Part shown: positions 41,040 through 53,432 of the stretch, piece after piece
Layout of the letters: each line of letters begins with the position of its first letter
Numbering within the stretch: position 1 is the stretch's first letter
Assembly: GCA_020137815.1 (NCBI GenBank)
Contig: CM035357.1
Coordinates: 6,572,001 to 6,636,000 of the forward strand
DNA from: Hormiphora californensis
Taxonomy: Eukaryota > Animalia > Ctenophora
Reading direction: 5' to 3'
Length of the DNA stretch: 64,000 nt
Program-made: the position numbers and the translations under genes
Notes under the pieces: model-generated
The model's database searches: none
What the model saw: only the letters and a program-made list of their open reading frames with translations
Told to the model about the DNA's origin: nothing

Positions 41040-41693
41040 AACTTCAATTACTAAATCTGTTACTGAGAACTATCTTACAGATCTTACAATCCTTATTGAT
41101 GGGATTAAATTCCAACGTCATGATCATCAAATTACTCAGATTCATTCCCTCCCTCTCTGAGTCAAGTACCCCCCCCCCCCCCCCCCCCATGAGAGTGTGT
41201 TACCATGGTAACAACATAACTCAGCATGTTTCAGGTGGCGATATACTACATGGGACTAGTACCTAGTGGGTTCTATACAGTACTGGAAAATAGGGACAGA
41301 GATGCCTTCCTAAACCATCTCTGGGTGTAAGTTATCTTTTTTGAATAAATCACGAAAATATTATATGATTAGATGACTGGTTAAAATGGTCTATTACTTT
41401 TTAGTGCACGAGGCCGAAGGCCGAGTGCTCTAAATACAACAATAATGAACCGAGACCGATAGGTCGAGGTAGATCCTTTTACTTAGCTGCCGAGCCTGCG
41501 AGGCACGCTAAGTGTAACTACTGAGCGAGCCTGCGAGCTCTGTAGTTGTACTTTTGGGCCGAGCCTGCGAGGCCTAAAAGTGAAAGAATCTTTAACATTA
41601 TTGTTGTGTAATAGAGCATGTAAAAGCAGTCATCTAATTTTATTAGATGATTTTGGAAACAAACTGAGTGAACGAGATAAAGATTGAGCGAGT

Positions 41694-41777
<84 letters not shown>

Positions 41778-44587
41778 GAGAGAAAGAGAATGTGTGTGAG
41801 AGAGATAGGGAAAGAGAGAATCGAAGGCAGAGAGGGAAAGCAGATGCAGGACGTTCATTGGAGTGGTGCCATCACGTGACGATCACGTGACCTATAGTTG
41901 CAAAGGGGAAGAAAAGATAAGGATTAGGGCGTGTGCAGCTGTAGTGACGTAACGTTTATACTGTGTGTGTGACTAGAAAGTGTCTAATTTTTCACATACC
42001 ACTGCAACGGTATTTTACTTTATAATTACTAGTGTTTTGCAGTGGTCTAAAATTTCACAGTACACTTTAACCACCGGAAACGGTGTACTGTGAAAACTTA
42101 GATAACCGGTTAAAATTGTCTAATACAATCTAATTAACAACAAACTATACTAATTTCACTACTGTTTTGAACTGGTTACATAATGGTGACCCTTCCATAA
42201 AACTAACATCCCAATTCCGTTCAGTGCGGCGTGGTGGGTGGTAGCGATTGTACTGATCAAATCTAGCAAGAGTTTCGCTGCTGGTGCCTTGTACGTGCAG
42301 TGGAGATGGAATCTAACTAGTGTACTACACAGCAGATACCTCACTAACAAGATATATTATGAACTGAATTGTCTGAATTCGGGTATTGATAACCCTGACA
42401 TGAGAATAACTCAGGTACACAACAGGGACTGGATGTGATATATCATGTCTTAAAATCCTACTTGAAATGCTTCTTAATTGTTTCTTAATTTTCTCAATTT
42501 TCTCACCCCCATGGCCGATGAATGTATACCTCCCTCAGGATGTGGACAGACTGACAGAGACCCTACAATCCATTATTCTCCAACTGATAGTGTTCCCTGG
42601 TGTGGTGGGGTACTACACCTACAAGTGCTGGGTCCTGATGGGGTATATTGGACCTCTCTGTATCTACACGTTCTTCCTCTTATCCTGCCTCATCAATAAA
42701 CTTCTCATCTCACCCATCGCTAAGGAGGTACTCCACCGCAAATTTATTTCTAGAAATTCTCATCATCGTCCAAACTCATTCTAAGGATTTCACGTAGTTT
42801 GGTTTGGTTTGACTGTACCTCGCACTGCACCCAGAAGGCGCCTGACTCAATAGGTAATAGATTATCCTCAGTATACTTCTACAGGTGTTTGAGCTAGAAC
42901 GGAAGGAGGGTTGTTTCCGGTTTAGTCATGTGATCTTCAGGGAGCAATCTGAGTCAGCAGCATTCAGTGATGCTGAGAGATCTGAGAAGACACGATTCAA
43001 GGTAAATTACTAGGCTTACACTACAGTTAGGATAAAACGGGTTAACGTGCCCACAAGGTAAGGGTAATTTCGTTACCAAGCTAACCCCTTGCCCCTCAGG
43101 AGATGATATTGGCAGTGTTGATTTCCAAGCAGAAAATAGTAACAAGGCAGCTATTTCTCAGTCTGGCTGTCAATACTTGTGATTATGTTGGGGCTATATT
43201 CAGTTATATTGTTCTGGCGATACCCATATTCGCTGGTAAGTAGGCCAAACTGACAACTGTAACTGTCTCGACCAACTTTAAATCCAATCTTTCCACCCCA
43301 TTTCTATATTTGAACCTACTTTCCCCACTTTCTGCTGCAGGTTTGTATGACGATGTTGAGCACCTTGGAAGTGTTATCAGCCAGAATGCCTTCATGTCAA
43401 TGTACCTAGTTAGCTCCTTCACCACCGTGGTAAGTGTTACCATGGTTACCATAGTTATCCTAGTTACCATGGTTACCATGCTAACATAATGACACACCCA
43501 CTTACAGGTTGATTTGTCTGGTAGAGTTGCTGATTTGGCTGGTTACACCCACAGAGTTGGCCAGCTGTTAGAGTTCCTAGATGACAAGAATACAGGGGAA
43601 ATATTCTACAACCAGTCAACTAACTCATCAGGTTAGTCGAGTCGAAATGAGTCGTATATCCGATTTGAGTACTACTATTTGTAAAGCGAGATGTAGAACG
43701 ACACGGAGAAAAGGGGGCGACTATTGGGTTGAGTGCCTTACTGCAGTCATAGATCAACCAGATTATGAGCTTTTATTTCTTTTATTTCAGGTCTGTTCCA
43801 GGATTCCATCTCTGATGACAGTCAATGTCTCCTGAAACAACAAGTAACTACTACTCCTACCATTCCACCCTCTATCACTTTATCAAATCTAACAATCTGG
43901 AACCCTGTTCTCGGTCGGGGACTGGTAGAAAACCTAACTCTGGAGCTATCCCACCACAACACCGTCCTAATCCATGGACCCCCGGGTGCCGGGAAGAGTT
44001 CTGTGTTGCGGACTATCAAATCACTATGGAAACCACTGACAGGAACAGTTTCTGTAACAGGAGATACTGAGATCATGTTCCTACCTCAGAGACCCTACTT
44101 TACACTAGGATCACTTCGTGATCAGATCGCATTACCGGATCAGGTAGCAAGGGGTGAAGCAGATCACATCTTGGTGGGAATATTGGAAGAAGTAGGGCTG
44201 TGCACTGATCTGAGCGTGGTGCTTGGAAACAGGGATAGAGAGGAGAAAATGGAGGATTCGGGTGGCTGTTTGGGTTGTTTAGAGAGGAATGAAGGGATAA
44301 ATGAGGAGCACCACTTATTGGACACTAGAGGGAATTGGTATAATGTACTGACTCCTGGCCAGCAGCAACTCCTCTCTTTTGCACGTGTTCTATATCACAA
44401 ACCCTCCATACTCCTGATGGATGAAGCGACAAGTGCAGTAAACTGCAAGGATTTGTTCTATAGTAAATTACAAAACATGAACATTGTGTATCTGTCTGTT
44501 AGTCACGACGAGACATTGGACAAGTATCATACCAAGGTTATTAGGCTCAAGGGAGATGGGAAGGGCTGGCTATTCACTAAGAATTAG
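41040..44587 (+). CDS. ABCD4: Lysosomal cobalamin transporter ABCD4 (start unresolved)
   Basis: The first clear exon starts at 41235: VAIYYMGLVPSGFY, then LYVQWRWNLT...IDNPDMRITQDVDR, ERKEGCFRFSH, IVLAIPIFAG, DLAGYTHRVGQL, Walker A GPPGAGKS, FLPQRPYFTLGSLRDQI, LTPGQQQLLSFAR and ILLMDEATSA. The segment 41040-41165 resembles the N-terminus but has indels. Confidence 0.92.
41398..41610 (-). mobile_element. Diverged inverted fragment related to the 18392/47917 repeat family
   Basis: Three cgagcctgcgag motifs, ttagtgcacgag, and ctaaaagtg.aagaatc...acattattgttg match the reverse complement of the repeat's 3' part. Confidence 0.6.
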
Positions 44588-45891
44588 GATCAGGTGGTGT
44601 CATGTGACTTGTATGTTTGATTACGTTCAGCATAATTCAGTGTTTTCTTAATTTGCTTGATTAATTCTCGTCTGATTACAATGCTAGTCGAGGGTAGTCA
44701 ACATATAATACTGCGCCTTGTATCTTGCAACTTAGATATTATATTCAAAAGGGATGGGTTTCTCATTCGTTATCTCCTCTTCATATGATCGTCTGTATCT
44801 AGTCTCTACAAAGTTATAATATCGAGATTGGCGATCATCGCAGCAGAAACTATAACTTCAATGCAATCATCTCACAGAGAGATGAGATAAAACATTGAAC
44901 TTGTTGTACATGGTCTTTATTGCTCGCCCCCTCCCTGCCCTTGGGCCTACAGTTATCCGGGATTATACATACCCCTTATACTGTCTGTTTAGAATAGACA
45001 GAAATCAGAATATCTAAAGCTGTAGGGCCTGTCAGTATAGCTCTGTATTGGCAGTTCCACGCGTCTTCAGTTCTTCAGAGTTTCTTGAAGATATTTCCAG
45101 CTATATTTTCCCCTTATTTCTCTTGTTTCTTACATGTTTCTCACTTCCATCGAGAATACCTTTCTAATTATCCTTCAACACATTTATTCCACTAGTCCAG
45201 AAACTAGTAAATCTTTACTATAATAGTTCCTTCGTTCCTCTCCCTTAGCAATATACCGCCTATTATACGTTATAGTGTATTATATCGCATCTAGTTGAAT
45301 ACGATTAAGGGTATGGAGACTACAGATAACTCGTGTCTACCTAATAACCTTGTCGTTATGTCTACACATGACGGTCTGGGACGATATATCTTATCATCCA
45401 CCCACCATATTGCCCACCATATGTCCAAGACAGTGTGTACAGGCTGGTTCTCTCATTGTTACATTGTTACAATAATATATTTGCTGTAAAGAAATATACT
45501 GTTAGATCAGATAGAGCTAACATGGCCCACGCATTGTTTAGGGGCTTATTTATAAACTATCATGTAATAATTTGTGTTTACAATGAACTAGCTTAGCTAT
45601 GTTGTTCTCAGCCGGTCTATACTACTTAGTATACTGCCAGCTACACGACGTATTGTACCCCCTTTGTTTTGGCTAGCTCGACCCTCTTTTCGCGAAGGGT
45701 TACACCCAGTTCCTTATTTCTGAACTAGCTACCCCTTTGTTACTAGCTACCCACTGGTAACAATTTGCTGATTGCTTGCTACATGTATGGAGTTTACTAA
45801 TCGACATATAATTTATTATGTAGCAGGTTAATGATCTACTTATTTGACTCTGTGTGATTTTACTAATACCTCCCTCTAGAGTTACTGCAAT

Positions 45892-46953
45892 ATGGATCTC
45901 GAAGTAGTCCTCAACACTACAACGAACTCAACTGACCTCCCTCTCTCAGTGATCCTTGGTGAGGTAACACTAACAGGACTATCACTTCTAACCACTGTGG
46001 TAGGCCTACCAGCAGCACTTCTACAATTTGGGTTTCTGTTATTTGGAACAAGCCAATCAAAACATCTCAGTACACGACTTTATCAGGCTATCTGTGCTGT
46101 TGATTTTGCACTTCTTATCCTCTACGTTCCTGTTACCATCAGCTTTCTTGCGGGAAGGGATCCAGTAATATTTGGGCTTCCTTATTTTTGTGACTTTTGG
46201 AGGATTGGCTGGTATAGCTTGAGTCACCTTTCAATCTTTACAATATCAATGCTTAGCATAGTCAGGACATCTTCCCTCCTCTTCCCCTTCTCCTCCCCTC
46301 CCCGGGTACAGACTGTGGTGCTGTTAAACATGATATACTTCTGCCTCATGTTGATACAGTCTGGCATGCCGCTGATTCAGGGTGATTCCTTCACATTTAT
46401 AAGGGATATTGTGAGATGTGGTCCTGCTAAGCCACCTAATGGACACCTTGGTCCACCCAGCCCATCTCTCCTCTACACCCTGATCACCACACTAGAGGTG
46501 GTGGTCCCTCTGTTCGTGGTGACCATCAGTGGTGGTCTCAGTATCCGGGCTATACGGTCCACTAAACCCAACGACAGAGGCAAGGAGAAACTGGGAATTC
46601 GAGCAACGGTGACGATCTTACTCCTAACAGCAACTTACATAATCCTAAATGCACCGATTGTTGTGTTTTACATAGTCACCACTGTGGACAGCTTCATTAT
46701 ACAGGATACCCAGGCACTAGCGGACTTTACAGGAGCGTTCTTTGGACCAAAAGTGGGCCGGGACAGTTACGCTTTCCTTCACATCTTCTCCTACACCCTC
46801 AGTATTCCACTGAACTCTCTGTGTAATGCCCTAATATGGATACACAGATCGAAATCAATGAAGAACTGGATTAAGAGGGGGTTGAGGGTGATAGTAGTTA
46901 GGAAATGGAAACCTGCAATACCAACAGTGACTAATGTAACCACCCCTGTGTAA
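45892..46953 (+). CDS. Orphan rhodopsin-like 7TM GPCR, intronless (paralogue A)
   Basis: 353-aa ORF with seven hydrophobic segments, N-terminal N-glycosylation sites, TM2 Asp (CAVDF), TM3 Cys, LSIVRT at the DRY position, an ECL2 Cys, and NSLCNALIW in TM7. Confidence 0.88.
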   Translation: MDLEVVLNTTTNSTDLPLSVILGEVTLTGLSLLTTVVGLPAALLQFGFLLFGTSQSKHLSTRLYQAICAVDFALLILYVPVTISFLAGRDPVIFGLPYFCDFWRIGWYSLSHLSIFTISMLSIVRTSSLLFPFSSPPRVQTVVLLNMIYFCLMLIQSGMPLIQGDSFTFIRDIVRCGPAKPPNGHLGPPSPSLLYTLITTLEVVVPLFVVTISGGLSIRAIRSTKPNDRGKEKLGIRATVTILLLTATYIILNAPIVVFYIVTTVDSFIIQDTQALADFTGAFFGPKVGRDSYAFLHIFSYTLSIPLNSLCNALIWIHRSKSMKNWIKRGLRVIVVRKWKPAIPTVTNVTTPV

Positions 46954-47916
46954 TAGTAGGTAATATATAACACATCATTTGGTGAGAGTAACACATCATT
47001 TGGTGAGAGTGATATATTGATTTTGCTGATGAGCTGTTTTACCATTGTGGGTACACAAAAGGAAGAGATGATCAGATCCTTTTGCTTTGACACAATATAA
47101 GAATTCAAAACATGAATAAGATCCTTTGATTTCATCAAATGACCTAACCAATATTCATGTGATGTACGACGTTCTTCACCAAAATATGATTTGGTTTTGC
47201 GGTTGGTTGGGTTTTGGATATTAAAAATTAATTGGCTATAAAGCATAGCTAAGTACATACCTACTGCATAAAGATTGCGAATATTTTGTGTTTTGTTACA
47301 CTTATTTTTCTTTAATCTGTCTAATTCTGTCGTAATATTATGGATTGAAACTCCAATTATGAATCCGTGAAGGAAAATTGGTTGACCACAATGGACAATT
47401 TGAACATAATATAAGAAACATGAGTGCATTCAAATAGAAGCATTCTTGATAACTCCAAATTACAGATAGATCCCTTCGTTTTAGAACAAAGCTCATGATC
47501 AAAGGAAGCTCTTTGTAATTGTCCCACTCCTGTGCCTTTGTGTATCATTTCACAATTCAATGATATAGCTTTCATGTTATGTAAACTTATGTAAACTTAT
47601 GCTTCTCAGTTGTGTTACACTAAATTAAGATCCTAGCGTAGTAGGCCTAGATATAAAGTGACCCTTTGGAGATGAATGTGAACAAGAACTAGTATAGGGC
47701 AATGTGATACCAATGTAATTCACTGCAGCTCTCACCTAGTTAACACTTAACAGTATTTAGTATACTGTAGATCATATTTACCCACAAGATCTTACCCACA
47801 TTATATGGACAGTTACTATATTTTAGGGTCCCTTAACCGGTCAGGTTACTTCTCACTTAGGCGAGAAGAACTGAAGACGCCCGACCGGTGCACCTGCCGG
47901 TCAATTAGTTATAATG

Positions 47917-48647
47917 AACATTGTAAAATTTTGAGATATAATATAATTCTTTAGGTAGCACTGCTTGTACAACTTATAACACCCCCCAGTGTTATAAGTT
48001 TTCACTTATAACACCCCCCAGTGATACATGAAAACTTATAACACTGCTGCACTTCGAACTCCTTACTCCACTGTTTCTGTCACACTTAAAAACCGTTAGA
48101 AAGATAAACGTGTACGAACTCCCTCTCTCTCTTTCTTTATGTCACACTCTCACGCCGTTGCAGCACCGAGATCAAGATAACGGTTACGAAATCCCGGACC
48201 CACACATTCTTTATCTCTCTCACTCTCACTAATCTCTCACTCTCTTTACCTATCTCAGCCGTTATCTTATCTTATACTGATTTCTCTGCCTGCTACCTTA
48301 TCATGAATTTGTTCTATTGTTACGCCCTAAAGTGTCTCTCACTCTTGTTTAAAAAATTTTACAATGCAATTTTATTATGCCTGTTTTCGTTGTACCTGAC
48401 GTCAACAATAATGTCCCAGATTCGTACACTTTTAGACCTCGCAGGCTCGGTCAAAAAGTAAAACTACATCACTCGCAGGCTCGTGAGGTAGTCACACTTA
48501 GTGGCACTCGCAGGCTCGTGCACTAAAGTACAAGAATCTGCCTCGACCTGTGGTCTCGGATCATTATTGTTGCACTTTTAACACTCGACCTTCGGTCTCG
48601 TGTTATAAGTTTTCAGGTACAACTTATAGGCATAATAAAATCCTACA
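47917..48647 (+). mobile_element. Dispersed ~730-bp non-coding repeat, copy 2
   Basis: Highly similar to 18392-19113 and in the same orientation. Confidence 0.85.
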
Positions 48648-49245
48648 ATGTTACAGATCAACTATCTCTTTCAAACACGTGGACTAACTATTTAGAGATG
48701 TAGAGCGCCATATTGCTTGCTGAAAGTCGTATGATATGCCTAATTGATATACTGTTTATCTTGACATGTTCCTTGTCTGTCAGCTCTCACACCGGGCCGA
48801 AGGCCCGGTGCGAGCTTACGCGAGCCCGAAGGGCGAGCGTAAGCGAGCTGACAGACATGCGTCTAGGTAGTCTTCCGCCCGCGCGTCCACGAGTTGTTAG
48901 CAGTGCAAAACACGCCGCGCGCCCATGCTGCTGAGTTTTCTTCGTCTGTTTCCAACCCCTTAGTGAGCTCTCCGCGCGTGACGTAAAGTATAGCGCATAT
49001 TTGTGACATGTGGTACATTTTCACCCGGATTTGTGGGGTGCAGCACCATGGGTTAAGTGTTGGCACACAAAGAAGGCTGGATCAGAAACTTAGTAGAGGG
49101 GAGGCCATGTTTTATACATGTGTTAAAAAGTGGTCAAAACACGGAACTTAGTTCGAACGTTTGGAGGTTGTGTTCCTGTCAAACTATAACAAAGTATTTT
49201 ACTATGTACATATTTTAGTCAACATACAATAAACACACTCTCTCC

Positions 49246-49335
<90 letters not shown>

Positions 49336-51302
49336 GTCTCTCTCTATCTCTCTATCTCAGTGCTTCTCTTCCTCTCTCACAGTCTCACAGCATATGAATC
49401 AAGCATATCAGGTCGCTTCTTTTCAAACAGATATTGAGCAGAACAGTCCGGAATTCAGGGCCTTAATCGAGACTGGGAAACCGGAGTAAAGGTCGTTAAT
49501 TCCCATCGCTTGTGTGTTGTGGCTTTCTTTGATAACCTGAGAGAAATTGTCGGTTAGCAAGTTCTCTGGAACACCCCGATATTTAGGTGGAGGACAGGGC
49601 AAATAAAATGAGTGTGTAAACGATACAGTAAAAGGGGGGGGGGGTGACACGAAACATTTTGCAACATGTGCAGAGAACGTTATGTTTTCGTTATATGTTA
49701 CAAAGTGTTACTTGGTGAGAGGGGACCGACATAGAATTGGACAACATTGTTGTAGGTAGTAGAGCATGGTTCTCTGAGAATGTTACCCTTAAAATCACGG
49801 AGATATTTTTGTTATTTATAGGAGAATGACTAATATAGGTTATATTAAGGCAGGGGTCAATTTTAAGCGGGGAAAGGCAGAATGCCTCGAGAACTATTCT
49901 CTGATACCTAAACACTACATGTATTCTCTACTACCTGCACGCAACTAAATACTATAACAATCTTGTCTATGGCGGTCCACTCTCCCCAATAGAGGGGCAA
50001 GTGTTCACTGGACACAATGCCCTTTTGTCCCTCTATTGAACGGGGGGGGAGGGGGGTCCACTAGCCAACTGGTTGGACACCATGCCAGGTGAGCATTGAT
50101 CAATGATCAGCCGTCAGCGTTCATTGATCACTGTTCAATCGGGGGGAGGGGTCCACTCTGTGGAGGGATGTGGGACAGGTTGGGTGTTCATTGAACACCC
50201 AACCTGTCCCATGCATCCCTCCCCGCAATGTCTCTATATAGGAGTTCAACTGTTTATACCTGATCTAACGATATGATTCACTTGCTTCAGTGATACATGG
50301 GTCCTGTGGATCATCTCTCGTCATAGAGTTAGCACAGCTTCAGTTAATTCCTCTATATAGCAACATTTCCCCTTGTCCAGGATATGATAATCTGAAGAGA
50401 GGGGTGTTACTAAGGGAGAGGATGGGTGTTAGAACACTCCCGGGATTGAGTTAGTGAGGGTTCAGGATGTGATGATCTGAAGAGAGGGGTGTAACTAAGG
50501 GAGAGGAGGCTGGAGGGGTTCACACGTCCCAATACAAGGCCTGCTACAATCTAACACATTTCCACAGGCCTGCTACTATTAAACACACGTCCACAGGCCT
50601 GTTACAATGTAACACACGTCCTTCTTCAGGAGTCAGGCTACTACAACTACATACTCACGTCGTCACCCAGCCTGCTTACATTGTAATTGATTGTCTTCCC
50701 GTTTCATTAATCTGTTTCATTTATGTACTTCCTCCTCTCATATCAAGCCATTCTATCAATACAGCATCAATACTTCAGATATTTATCCAGCAGCGATGTA
50801 GTATTCTTTCCCTTCTTTGGGTTAATAAATACCTGAAAAAGTGACGTGTGGCAGTAGAGACCAATGGGGAACTTTAAACTTATATAATCAAAAATAAGTA
50901 TCTGTCGGTTAGGGTGACACAAAGTGACAATAATGAAAAATGGTTGCTAAATTTATGCATCAACTTTTAAACTCGCCAATCTGTTAGGTTGACACTTCAT
51001 GCTATGTTACTGATTCCACAATTTCTCAAATCGACAGTAATTCCTACTTCCTTCGACCCTCTAATTGGAACGTCGTTATCTGTGGAGAAGAAAAAACTTT
51101 TTTAAACGTCTGTTATCTTGGGAATGTTATGTGTTGTTAGGGGTTGGTAGGAAATGATTAGAAGGAAGAAGTCCTTTGTGTGAGATGGGACTCATGATCA
51201 TCGTAATATCAGGCAACCTCTGCAAGAAGCAGCTTGTACGCTGACCGTTCAACTCTCAAGTACGGGTCAAAATAGGTATAAACTAAGGCTCAGGTCCTTT
51301 AA

Positions 51303-51666
51303 AGTGAGAGGTGCACGAAAACGAAAGTTGGAATTATTATTATTATTATTATACTATGTCTAAACTAATTGTGTGTAACATTCCTTTGTGTCCAATTAAA
51401 AGTTTGATGAAAAGATGACGTCTCGATGTTGTGTTTGAAATTCAGACACATGAGACCTTCACTTTTTCTTGGATCAAAACAATTAAGTTGGTGAAGGTAC
51501 CATGCTTCTAACTTGTGTTTGGAGCTTGCACGTACGTTCCTAGTTAATTTCAAACACAACATTGAGACGTCATCTTTTCACCAATCTTCTAATTGAACAT
51601 CAAGAAATGTTATACGCAATTTATTTTATACATTATTCCGACTTTTGTTTTCGTGCACCTCTCACT
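51303..51666. mobile_element. TTAA-flanked MITE (Kolobok-like)
   Basis: TTAA|AGTGAGAGGTGCACGAAAAC ... GTTTTCGTGCACCTCTCACT|TTAA, with long imperfect inverted arms. Confidence 0.8.
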
Positions 51667-53432
51667 TTAAATTCAATATGTTTGGGAAGATGTTTGTTAC
51701 GCAAGGAGAGAGAAGGATAGAGAGAGAGAGAGAGAAATATTGGTTCAGATTGTGGTACCACCTACCCAAAAAAATATTGGCATCTATAGAGAGATAGGGG
51801 CAAAGAGAAAAAAAAGAGTGCCTTCTAAACACTGGTTGCTCTCACCTTATTACATACTGAGATGCCATTATAGACACTTTTTTCATCGCACATTGCTTTC
51901 CCCTGTCTGTCATAGGTCGCCCCTGCTGCAACTGTAGGTTATTCTCTTCTGATTTATTGAGAAGGACATCATATCCTAGAGTGGAGTGTGTGTGTTATAA
52001 ATCTAAAGATTAGGTTGAGGTAACGCCACCATTGCTACATCTTTATATCTCCCGAGATGAGGTGTTCGCAGTGGAGTCTTTAAATGCACCCCGTGACCCG
52101 TCGTACAGTTTGAAGCCGTCAACTGGCATTGGGCAAGCTCAAAAGAAAAATGCAAGCAGATATCAGAATATGCCCTAAAATGACGGGGCATTACGATTTT
52201 GAAGTCTAGAAAAACTCTACAATAAATAATTTCAGTTTGAGTGCAAGGGCAAAACTTGTGTGACAAAAAAGTGGAAAGTGTCTAAGAGTTAAGTAACTGC
52301 ATTTTGTTTCTCTTTTATCGCACTGTTTAGGTTATTGGACTCTTTAAAACAGCTTTAGCGCCAAATCAATTGGAAACAAGATAATAGCAAAATAAGCAAA
52401 ATAAGCATTTCTAGCAGAAAAAGTAGCTTCAAAAGACTGCAAAGTGACAAGAAAAAGTTGCAAAGGCCCGGTGTGACTTTATACGAGTTCAAAAGTTTGT
52501 CCAGACTTGCTCTACGGGGGGAAACACACTGAGGTTGGTCGCTCGCGTTCGGCTCTCGGCCGCGTGAAACACACTGGGGTTCGAAGTTTCGCAGGAAAGT
52601 TCGGGGTTTCGCGAGGGCCCGTTTTTGGCTGGGGGGTCGCTTGTGGGATGCTAACTTGTTTGCTGGTGCATCTCTCGAGGTGTCCTTTGTCTATATCGAG
52701 TCGATTTCACCGTTTTTGGAATTTTTGGTGAATTGGGCCAACTGTGACCGAATTAGCCAAAAGTTTCGAAAGCGGTGGGATTGGCTCGGTATGGATGGGG
52801 GACATCTCGATAGATGTGCCAGTGGATGGGTTGGCCTCTTGCGGGTGATTTCTCGGCCGAAAATGGGTTTTCGCGGGACTTCGAGCTTCAGTGTGTCGCG
52901 AGGTTGGGATTTGAGCGAGCGCGCCCAACTTCAGTGTGTCTCCCCTACGCCCAACGAACATAGACCAAAGCTTCAACTTTTTCAATTTGAGAATACAAAA
53001 TGGTTGGAGCAAGTTTTGGGATTTCAACGAAAATTTAAAAATTTTGACTCTAAAAAACTTTTTTTTTCAAAATTTGGTGAAAACGGGTGAAAACGGTCAC
53101 GCGCAGCTGCGCGGCGCTAGAAACAGAGCGTGGGAAACAGCGCGGCTGAGGTATTGCGCGTTCCAAATCGTCCCTAGACGCATGGCTGTCCGAGGCGCTT
53201 AAGTGCCGATAGACAGACTGCGTAGCATGGCAATGTTTATCTATAGTGCACTGATTCCCTTGCATGTCGATATATGTGTTACACCCTTAGATTTAGTGCC
53301 GCTATCGTTTACACGAAGCTGATATTTTGTTTAAACATTTGAATGATGTGCTGTTTGAAGTTAATGCTGTTGAAATAATATTTCCAGTTGATTTCTATTT
53401 CTTTGCATGTGTAGCCCTCTTCTCCGTGTAGG

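Noticed and set aside
52050-53200. ORFs of 70-149 aa upstream of GPCR B
   Set aside because: No recognisable domains. The region looks like repeat-derived DNA, but I could not define its ends or a TSD.
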